From IMG/VR virus record IMGVR_UViG_3300033076_000331, positions 1 to 39,010 of that record: a stretch of DNA of 39,010 bases; one strand, written 5' to 3'. The stretch is from a virus (taxonomy: Duplodnaviria; Caudoviricetes). This document shows positions 9,063-15,387 of this stretch, in pieces; the stretch's first letter is position 1; each line of letters starts with the position of its first letter. The notes below the pieces were generated by a model. It saw only the letters and a program-made list of their open reading frames with translations, was not told the DNA's origin and ran no database searches. The translations under genes and the position numbers were made by a program.

Positions 9063-9094
9063 GCCCCACTGACTCCGGCGGTGGGGCTTTTTTT
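9063..9094 (+). terminator. Rho-independent terminator at the convergence of replication and early genes
   Basis: GCCCCACTG-ACTCCGG-CGGTGGGGC followed by T7. Confidence 0.8.
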
Positions 9095-9476
9095 ATTCTT
9101 TAGTTTCAAGTAAGAACATGAGGCAACAGATGGCGTGCGCTAGATGGCTTGCGCCTGTCTCGCTGTCATTGGCTTCGCCCGCTTTCCATGCCCAGATGTG
9201 GCGCTGTGCTGCGTCAAAATATCGCCGTTTTGCTTCTGGCACATATCGCCAGTTGTCCGGCGCGTACTTGGTCGCGCCATAGGTCAGCACCTCGACCGTT
9301 TGCCGTAGGGCATCGGGTGGCAATAGTCCATATTGCAGTTTGCCCGCGTCGAACTTGCGCCCGTTGGTGTCATCGCTTATTGATTTGGAGTCAACCCAAT
9401 ATCCTTTTTCTTTGCCAATTTCTATTACTCGGTTAAACATTTCTTCAGTGGCTATTACGTTGTTTTCATTTTGCAT
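9093..9476 (-). CDS. DUF5664-family dATP/dGTP diphosphohydrolase domain protein
   Basis: GRKFDAGKLQYGLLP...VLTYGATKYAPDNW...AAQRHIWAW...DSETGASHLAHAICCLMFL matches the family pattern. Confidence 0.85.
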   Translation of the reverse strand: MQNENNVIATEEMFNRVIEIGKEKGYWVDSKSISDDTNGRKFDAGKLQYGLLPPDALRQTVEVLTYGATKYAPDNWRYVPEAKRRYFDAAQRHIWAWKAGEANDSETGASHLAHAICCLMFLLETKE

Positions 9477-9822
9477 GGTGCTGATTGCTCCCGTGTCGCC
9501 CTAGTATTGAATTTATGCCCTCGCGCGTTAGACTTTTCTGTCTATAAAACTCAGGGTCAAGGTCAAGGATCGCGCAATAGTACTCGAACCCGCCAAGGTC
9601 GCCCGTATTGTACGCGCTTAGGCGTTGCCGTTTGGGGTCTTGGTGCGTGTCAGGGTCACGCGCCCATGTCACGGGCTTGTTTATCCACTCGAACGCCTGG
9701 CGGCGTATGGTCTCAGGGTCTACGCCGTCTGCGCTGGACATGGCGCGAAGGTCTTTGAAGGCTTGCAGGATCACTGCGGCTGCAAGCCCTCGATATCCTG
9801 CGACGTTAAACTCCTCGGTCAT
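9466..9822 (-). CDS. Hypothetical protein (118 aa)
   Basis: Overlaps both neighbours in the leftward operon; LAAAVILQAFKDL helix. Confidence 0.7.
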   Translation of the reverse strand: MTEEFNVAGYRGLAAAVILQAFKDLRAMSSADGVDPETIRRQAFEWINKPVTWARDPDTHQDPKRQRLSAYNTGDLGGFEYYCAILDLDPEFYRQKSLTREGINSILGRHGSNQHHAK

Positions 9823-10022
9823 GCACGCGCCCTGATAAATTCGGGTATAAAATCGTCCTCATTCATCTCAATCACTCGCGCTGCTTTGCGCATCACTCGC
9901 GCGGCTCGCTCCATCTTGCGCACGAAGTCGGGGTGAGTGTTTGGAATAATTGCCAAGCCTTCTAAATATGTGGCGTGCGTTTTTAATTCGTTCAGTACGT
10001 CGAACGGATTCTTTTTAGCCAT
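9819..10022 (-). CDS. Hypothetical protein (67 aa, MAKKNPFD...)
   Basis: GAGGA RBS upstream of ATG 10022; ATGA overlap with the next gene. Confidence 0.7.
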   Translation of the reverse strand: MAKKNPFDVLNELKTHATYLEGLAIIPNTHPDFVRKMERAARVMRKAARVIEMNEDDFIPEFIRARA

Positions 10023-10290
10023 TGGTGATGTCCTCGAGTGTGGTTGCAGGGTCAATGTTAACACCCATGCGTTCAAGAAAGATATAGCCTTCAAACACTG
10101 CGCGTGTTAATTCTGCCGTGTTGCCAGTGGTTGCGGTGTCTAATACTTTTTTGAGCATTTGCGCGGTGTGCATTTGGTTTGATTGCGCATCTGCCAAGCG
10201 CCCGAACAGCTTAGCGGCTGCGGTAAAATTTTCAGCGTAAGCAATGCGCTCGGCTTCGTCGGGCGGTAGATTTAACATTTCAATAGCCAT
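10015..10290 (-). CDS. Hypothetical protein (91 aa, MAIEMLNLPPDEAERIAYAE...)
   Basis: AGGA RBS and ATG 10290; overlaps neighbours. Confidence 0.7.
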   Translation of the reverse strand: MAIEMLNLPPDEAERIAYAENFTAAAKLFGRLADAQSNQMHTAQMLKKVLDTATTGNTAELTRAVFEGYIFLERMGVNIDPATTLEDITNG

Positions 10291-10525
10291 TGTTTTGTTT
10301 CCTGTTTGTGTGCCATAAATTCGGCATTGCTGCCAGTTGTTTAAGTCGTGCGAGTTTATATTCAAAAGGGCGGTCTTTCGGCTTGTTGGTGTCGGTGTCG
10401 TACCAGCCAACGTATCGGCAAAAGGTCGCCAGTGCGTCGACGGTTGACGCCTCACGGGTGAGGTGGCGCAGATAACGCTTTTCGCGCTCGGTCAGTTCGA
10501 CCTTGTACAATTCATTGTTGCTCAT
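10280..10525 (-). CDS. Hypothetical basic protein (81 aa, MSNNELYKV...)
   Basis: GGAG RBS and ATG 10525; operon packing. Confidence 0.65.
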   Translation of the reverse strand: MSNNELYKVELTEREKRYLRHLTREASTVDALATFCRYVGWYDTDTNKPKDRPFEYKLARLKQLAAMPNLWHTNRKQNNGY

Positions 10526-10688
10526 AATATGGCTCCGGCTCGGTTGTAGGGATTTCAAAGACTTCGGTTATTATCTCATTATTTGTGACTGTGAGCCCTA
10601 GATAATGGTCGACTGCGTTTGAGTAAGTGCCGGAATAATACGCCCGCCAGATTGCGCCCGCGTTGGTTTTTAGCTGTAAAGTGATCAT
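10512..10688 (-). CDS. Hypothetical protein (58 aa, MITLQLKTNAG...)
   Basis: AGGTG RBS; ATGA overlap with the upstream 45-aa ORF. Confidence 0.6.
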   Translation of the reverse strand: MITLQLKTNAGAIWRAYYSGTYSNAVDHYLGLTVTNNEIITEVFEIPTTEPEPYYEQQ

Positions 10689-10822
10689 TGTTGCACCTGC
10701 TCGAGAATAACATCGACATAGCCATCGTCTAACCATTGCTGACATATAGCGCGTGCTTTAGTGAGGTTGTCGCCCTCGTAATCGGCAACGCCGCCAACCC
10801 ATACGATATAGAGTGTGCTCAT
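10685..10822 (-). CDS. Small hypothetical protein (45 aa, MSTLYIVWVGGVADYEGDNLTKARAICQQWLDDGYVDVILEQVQQ)
   Basis: Not in the ORF track; translated by hand. GAGGGG RBS and ATGA overlaps at both ends. Confidence 0.7.
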   Translation of the reverse strand: MSTLYIVWVGGVADYEGDNLTKARAICQQWLDDGYVDVILEQVQQ

Positions 10823-11037
10823 AGCTCAAGCCCTCTTATTTTCATCTCGTCGCGCAGGTCGTAGGTGCTAACGTTCTCGTATCCATCGAAGCCCCAACGC
10901 AAGAATTCCTCAAGCATTGCGGTAGCGTCGCCGCGCTCGAAATCGTCGGCGATTAACGCCTCGATCATTGCTGCGCGTTCGTCTTCCTCTCGCGCTTGGA
11001 TTAGTGGCGCGTCTACAATTTCTTCTGGTGTGTTCAT
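10819..11037 (-). CDS. Acidic hypothetical protein (72 aa)
   Basis: GAGG RBS; D/E-rich. Confidence 0.72.
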   Translation of the reverse strand: MNTPEEIVDAPLIQAREEDERAAMIEALIADDFERGDATAMLEEFLRWGFDGYENVSTYDLRDEMKIRGLEL

Positions 11038-11051
11038 GGTGTAAGCCTCTG

Positions 11052-11369
11052 TTAAATTTTAGCTAATTCGTGAAAATAAATAGGCGCTTCCGTTTCTGCG
11101 TCTTGAACGTATAGCGTCGGGTTGTTGGTGAATTCGTGCGATCCTTCCTGCCCTATGTAATAGTCGACCGTGCGACCGTCTAGAATAAACTGTTGATGCC
11201 AAGCGGTTTCTCCGCCGCCCATGTTAGTGACAGCGAAGCCGTATTGTTCAGGGCTAACGGTAAGCCGTTCGCATGTGGATTGCGTCGGGTCACTTATCCA
11301 GCATTCGTTATCTAGAAAACTGAGCGTTTGTTTACCGTCAAAGTAGCCAATATATTTTAATTCGCGCAT
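11052..11369 (-). CDS. Hypothetical protein (105 aa)
   Basis: GAGAGG RBS; clean ORF. Confidence 0.72.
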   Translation of the reverse strand: MRELKYIGYFDGKQTLSFLDNECWISDPTQSTCERLTVSPEQYGFAVTNMGGGETAWHQQFILDGRTVDYYIGQEGSHEFTNNPTLYVQDAETEAPIYFHELAKI

Positions 11370-11405
11370 GGTGTGAGCCTCTCAGTGTGTGGTGTGTGTG
11401 TGTGG

Positions 11406-11705
11406 TTAGAATTGAGCGAAAACGTAAGCACCGGCGTCTGTCTGACCAATAACGCAAGTATTGTCATTAAGATAGGCTTCAACGTCGGCATCGTCGTCTA
11501 GGCCATAATCTGCGCGGATTTCATCGGCGGTAAGCTCTGAGTACTCGCAGCAAATGCCGACGGGATCAAGCTCGACGGGGTCGCACATGTCATCAAAGTA
11601 ATTAAACAACATGCCGAGAGCGTCATAGCTGAATTGATCCTTGCGACCGTAGCGAACGAAAGCATCGCGGAATTGTGAAGCGGTGCTGATGGTTTGAATG
11701 ATCAT
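11406..11705 (-). CDS. Acidic phage early protein (99 aa)
   Basis: GGAG RBS. The FRDAF..YGRKDQFSY...LF.Y...ELDPVGICCEYSE pattern is one I recall from phage early genes; function unknown. Confidence 0.78.
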   Translation of the reverse strand: MIIQTISTASQFRDAFVRYGRKDQFSYDALGMLFNYFDDMCDPVELDPVGICCEYSELTADEIRADYGLDDDADVEAYLNDNTCVIGQTDAGAYVFAQF

Positions 11706-11770
11706 GTTAGTGGCTCCAAGTGTGTAGTGTGTACGGGATAAAGTGTAAAAGAGTTTTTAGCGGTGGTGTG

Positions 11771-11947
11771 TTAAGAATTGTCAGCGCTGATGATTGTGAA
11801 ATCATCGGCAGTCAGTGTCTTATCCATAAAGTACCCTTTAGCAACATAAGCGGGAATTGTTTCGCGCAAATGCTTTTCGGCACGGGGTAAGCGATCGAAT
11901 ATACCATGCACGGCTAAAGTATTCTTTTTTTCTACTATCTTGTACAT
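11771..11947 (-). CDS. Small hypothetical protein (58 aa, MYKIVEKKNTLAVHGIFDRL...)
   Basis: Not in the ORF track; AGGTGA RBS; fills the operon gap. Confidence 0.68.
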   Translation of the reverse strand: MYKIVEKKNTLAVHGIFDRLPRAEKHLRETIPAYVAKGYFMDKTLTADDFTIISADNS

Positions 11948-11957
11948 AAGTCACCTA

Positions 11958-12104
11958 TTAAAGAGAAAAGAAAAAGACAGCGAGACAATAGAAGAACGCC
12001 GCCATTGTCACGGCGAGAGTTATTTCCGAAACCCGTAGCCAGAAGCGTTCACACTTGCAAGGCTTTGGGCTGGTGTCGATGGCTTTGTAGTCGTGGGGTA
12101 TCAT
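11958..12104 (-). CDS. Small membrane protein (48 aa, MIPHDYKAIDTSPKPCKCERFWLRVSEITLAVTMAAFFYCLAVFFFSL)
   Basis: Not in the ORF track; AGGAG RBS; one C-terminal hydrophobic helix. Confidence 0.68.
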   Translation of the reverse strand: MIPHDYKAIDTSPKPCKCERFWLRVSEITLAVTMAAFFYCLAVFFFSL

Positions 12105-12117
12105 TTTGGTGCTCCTG

Positions 12118-12285
12118 TTAAATGCCTAGTAATTTGTTGTGATGCGCGGCAATGATCGCTTGCGCGTCATCGGCATTGACGGCAATGCCTAGCCATTCGC
12201 CACAAAAGCGAACGACTAACTGCGCGGTAGGATAGCCGCAAAATTCACGGCTTAAGGTATATCGTTTGTCAATTGGTTGTTTCAT
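12118..12285 (-). CDS. Small hypothetical protein (55 aa, MKQPIDKRYTLSREFCGYPTAQLVVRFCGEWLG...)
   Basis: Not in the ORF track; GGAG upstream; leader duplicated with the 12537 gene. Confidence 0.7.
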   Translation of the reverse strand: MKQPIDKRYTLSREFCGYPTAQLVVRFCGEWLGIAVNADDAQAIIAAHHNKLLGI

Positions 12286-12336
12286 GCTCGTTTGCTCCGT
12301 GTTGGTGCGCGTCCGTGCGCGTGGTGTGTGTGTGGG

Positions 12337-12537
12337 TTAAATTTTAATTTGTAATTGAGTTTCAACATAATGGTTTGCGTATACTTCGTGTGAAAAAAAC
12401 ACGCGCGTCAAATAATCATTATTTGGTAGACCGTATTCAGTGTCATACACTTCTACGCAATATGGGTATTCGTTGCCAGCGAGGTTATAAATAATGGCAG
12501 TCAATTCATTTTCGCTGCTCGTATATTCTGTTTTCAT
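12337..12537 (-). CDS. First gene of the leftward cluster (66 aa, MKTEYTSSENEL...)
   Basis: AGGA upstream of ATG 12537; lies below a candidate promoter. Confidence 0.68.
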   Translation of the reverse strand: MKTEYTSSENELTAIIYNLAGNEYPYCVEVYDTEYGLPNNDYLTRVFFSHEVYANHYVETQLQIKI

Positions 12538-12580
12538 GCTCGTTTGTTCCTGTATGTTGCGCCGTGTTGGCGTGAGAGAG

Positions 12581-12612
12581 ATACTAGCAAGCTGATTGTT
12601 AAGGAACGTCAA
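12581..12612 (-). promoter_or_regulatory. Candidate leftward early promoter
   Basis: Extended -10 TGcTAGTAT (12589-12581). TTGACG at 12612-12607 gives a long 20-bp spacer, so the -35 box is uncertain. Confidence 0.45.
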
Positions 12613-12629
12613 GAGATTGCAAAGTTTTG

Positions 12630-13010
12630 TTAAGATAAGTAATGCCTAAGCTATCAATTAGCTATTTTCTAAGCGGCAAGAAACAAGGCGCGGCAAGGCA
12701 TTAAGCAAGATAAGCATATAGTTTTATTAACTTTAAAAAATTAATGTATACTGTATAAGCGTACAGTGTATTGTGTACGGTGTACGTTATGGCGTCGACT
12801 AAAATCAGCATGCTTAGATTGCTGGATTGCTTATATCTGCTCGCCGCATGCCACAAAGCACAAAACACGCGGGCGCGTGCTGATTGCTTATAATGCTTTA
12901 CTTGCCTGATTGCTTATATTGCTTTGCTTGTCTTATTGCTTAACTTGCTTATTGCCATATGGCCACACGGCCGCATGCCTGCCTGATATCAGCATGCTTA
13001 GATTGCCTGC
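12630..13010. repeat. Iteron-like repeat field around an AT-rich core (candidate replication origin)
   Basis: TAAGCA/TAAGC units left of the AT-rich stretch at about 12716-12760. At least 7 TGCTTA units to its right. Exact 19-bp repeat ATCAGCATGCTTAGATTGC at 12804 and 12988; GATTGCTTATA occurs three times. Confidence 0.7.
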
Positions 13011-13080
13011 TATCCGCTAGCCGTTAGCTATCAGCTAGAAGCTGGCAGTTTCCAGGAAATAACTGCCTGAGCAGAGACTA

Positions 13081-13147
13081 CCCCCCCCAGGTCCGAGCGA
13101 CAGGTCTATATAGATATATGGTGTCAGACAAAATTTTTTTATTTTTT
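13081..13147. other. Candidate packaging-initiation (pac) or genome-end region
   Basis: C8 run, TCTATATAGA palindrome and A/T tracts in non-coding DNA upstream of the tRNA and terS. Positional inference only. Confidence 0.3.
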
Positions 13148-13185
13148 AGCACCCAGCCCCAAGCCACATGCTAAACTGCCCGCAC

Positions 13186-13261
13186 GCTCACATAGCACAA
13201 CTGGCAGTGCAACTGACTTGTAATCAGTAGGTTGGGAGTTCAAATCTCTCTGTGAGCACCA
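13186..13261 (+). tRNA. trnT: tRNA-Thr (anticodon TGT), CCA encoded
   Basis: Acceptor stem GCTCACA/TGTGAGC plus ACCA; anticodon arm ACTGA-CT-TGT-AA-TCAGT; T-loop GTTCAAATC; 76 nt. Extended -10 TGcTAAACT just upstream (13169-13177). Confidence 0.95.
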
Positions 13262-13298
13262 CTTGCTTTATGCGCTTCGTTTCTGCTATAAGCCTGCT

Positions 13299-13721
13299 AT
13301 GTTTCAATCTCTACCGTTGACAGTGCGCAAGATCGAAGCCACCGAAGCGCGACTGGAGGCAATCTATAACGCCTCACGCAAAGGCTTAAAAGGCGACGCA
13401 CTGGCTCTAGCCGCAGGCATGTTGCCCACAGAGTACCGTCAGTTGTGTCAGTTTGACCCCTTGGCTGAGATGGCTGCGCTTAAAGGCAAGGCTGACGCCG
13501 AGGCGGAAATGGCTCAAGTTGTTGCTGATGCGGCACGCGGTGGCGACTACAAAGCAGCGCTGGCGATCCTCAACCATCGCCACGACTGGACGCCGAAACA
13601 AGAGGTCAGCGTGGACGTCACGCACAAGATCAGTATTACTGAAGCGCTGCGCATGGCGCAGGAACGTGTCAGCACAGGGCTGACGATTGATGCAGAACCG
13701 GCCAACCCGCTACTTAAATAA
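13299..13721 (+). CDS. terS: Terminase small subunit
   Basis: Helical HTH-like 140-aa protein immediately upstream of terL and coupled to it by TAATG. Start chosen at ATG 13299. Confidence 0.78.
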   Translation: MFQSLPLTVRKIEATEARLEAIYNASRKGLKGDALALAAGMLPTEYRQLCQFDPLAEMAALKGKADAEAEMAQVVADAARGGDYKAALAILNHRHDWTPKQEVSVDVTHKISITEALRMAQERVSTGLTIDAEPANPLLK

Positions 13722-15250
13722 TGCAGACACCTATATATAGTGCGCAGGAAGAACAGGAGCTAATGGCTCGACTGTGGGAGCCTGCGCTCAAAGATGACCC
13801 TGAAGCCTTTGTGCTGTTTGTGTTTCCTTGGGGCCAACCAAACACTCCGTTAGCTAAGTTCAACGGCCCACGTAAGTGGCAACGCGAGGTGATGCGCACA
13901 ATCAAGCAGCACATCATCGACAACCAAGGCAAGCTGGACATGAACACGCTGCGCGTGGCGGTTGCGTCAGGTCGCGGTATCGGTAAGTCTGCGCTGGTGT
14001 CTTGGCTGATCTTGTGGATGCTGTCTACCCGCATAGGCTCAAGCGTCGTTGTGTCTGCGAACTCAGAAGCCCAGCTACGCTCTGTGACTTGGGGCGAACT
14101 GACTAAGTGGTGCGCAATGCTCATCAACAACCACTGGTGGGAAATATCGGCAACTAAGGTCGTGCCAGCCAAGTGGGTGACTGAACTGGTCGAACGTGAT
14201 CTTAAACTCGGTACGCGCTACTGGGCGGCGGAAGGTAAGCTGTGGAGTGAGGAGAACCCAGACAGTTACGCCGGTGTGCACAACCACGCAGGCATGATGT
14301 TGATATTTGACGAGGCGTCGGGTATTCCCGACCCGATCTGGTCAGTAGGCGCGGGGTTCTTTACTGAGAACATTTTGGATCGTTACTGGTTCGCGTTCAG
14401 TAACCCGCGTCGCAATCAGGGGTATTTTTATGAAGCGTTTCATTCAAAACGTGACTTTTGGGAATCTAGGAATATCGACTCACGGACTGTAGAAGATACC
14501 GACAAGAACGTATATGAGCAGATTATATCGGAATATGGCGCTGACTCGCCTCAAGCTAAGGTCGAGGTTTACGGCGAGTTCCCAGCATTTGGGGATGACC
14601 AGTTTATTAGTGCGGGCATGGTTGATGAAGCCGTCAAACGCCAACCTTATAAAGATACATCAGCGCCTATCGTCATCGGCGTTGACCCAGCGCGAAGTGG
14701 TCTTGACTCCACCGTCATTGTTGTTCGGCAAGGGAGAGACTTGGTTGCAATCAAACGCTTTCGAGGTGACGACACGATGACCACTGTTGGTCATGTAATT
14801 GATGCCATCGAAGAATACAAGCCAACGCTAGTAGTCATGGATGAAGGTGGTCTTGGGTACGGCATACTTGACAGACTAAATGAACAAAGGTATAAGGTCA
14901 GGGGTGTAAATTTTGGCTGGAAGCCAAAAAACCCGATAATGTGGCTAAATAAACGTGCCGAGCTATGGGGCGCAATGCGCGAATGGCTAAAGACGGCAAG
15001 TCTACCACAAGACAAGATGCTTAAGAGCGATCTGACGGGTGTTAAGAGTAAGCCAACATCTTCGGGTGTTGTGCAGTTAGAGTCAAAGAAAGATATGAAG
15101 GCGCGTGGCCTAGCATCACCAGATGCCGCTGACGCGCTTGCAGTAACATTTGCATATCCTGTAGCAAGCAGGACATATGTTGATAAGTCTCCGCGTCGCG
15201 TCAGTCAACTGGGCGGTGGCGGTGTATCTAGCAGTTGGATGGGGTCGTAA
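13721..15250 (+). CDS. terL: Terminase large subunit
   Basis: Walker A ASGRGIGKS, Walker B LIFDEA, motif III FSNP, nuclease motifs IGVDPARSGLD and SPDAADAL. Confidence 0.95.
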   Translation: MQTPIYSAQEEQELMARLWEPALKDDPEAFVLFVFPWGQPNTPLAKFNGPRKWQREVMRTIKQHIIDNQGKLDMNTLRVAVASGRGIGKSALVSWLILWMLSTRIGSSVVVSANSEAQLRSVTWGELTKWCAMLINNHWWEISATKVVPAKWVTELVERDLKLGTRYWAAEGKLWSEENPDSYAGVHNHAGMMLIFDEASGIPDPIWSVGAGFFTENILDRYWFAFSNPRRNQGYFYEAFHSKRDFWESRNIDSRTVEDTDKNVYEQIISEYGADSPQAKVEVYGEFPAFGDDQFISAGMVDEAVKRQPYKDTSAPIVIGVDPARSGLDSTVIVVRQGRDLVAIKRFRGDDTMTTVGHVIDAIEEYKPTLVVMDEGGLGYGILDRLNEQRYKVRGVNFGWKPKNPIMWLNKRAELWGAMREWLKTASLPQDKMLKSDLTGVKSKPTSSGVVQLESKKDMKARGLASPDAADALAVTFAYPVASRTYVDKSPRRVSQLGGGGVSSSWMGS

Positions 15251-15387
15251 TGCCTTTAGTCAAATCGTCAAGCAAAGCTGCGTTTCGTAAGAACGTCGCG
15301 GCTGAAGTCAAGGCAGGCAAGCCTGTGAAACAGGCCGTTGCCATTGCGTATTCAACCAAGCGTGCTGCTTTATCTAAGAAGAAATAA
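15250..15387 (+). CDS. Small basic protein (45 aa, MPLVKSSSKAAFRKNVAAEVKAGKPVKQAVAIAYSTKRAALSKKK)
   Basis: Not in the ORF track; TAATG-coupled at both ends. The KQAVAIAYS motif is common in small genes beside phage packaging genes. Confidence 0.8.
   Translation: MPLVKSSSKAAFRKNVAAEVKAGKPVKQAVAIAYSTKRAALSKKK

Noticed and set aside
9093-9476. 2-aminoadenine (Z) genome pathway
   Set aside because: No PurZ/adenylosuccinate synthase-like gene is present.
12800-13010. Mini CRISPR array
   Set aside because: Repeats are 6-19 bp, irregularly spaced, and lack unique spacers of constant length.
13186-13261. tRNA as a prophage attachment site
   Set aside because: No integrase, no duplicated tRNA 3' end, and no host genes in the window.
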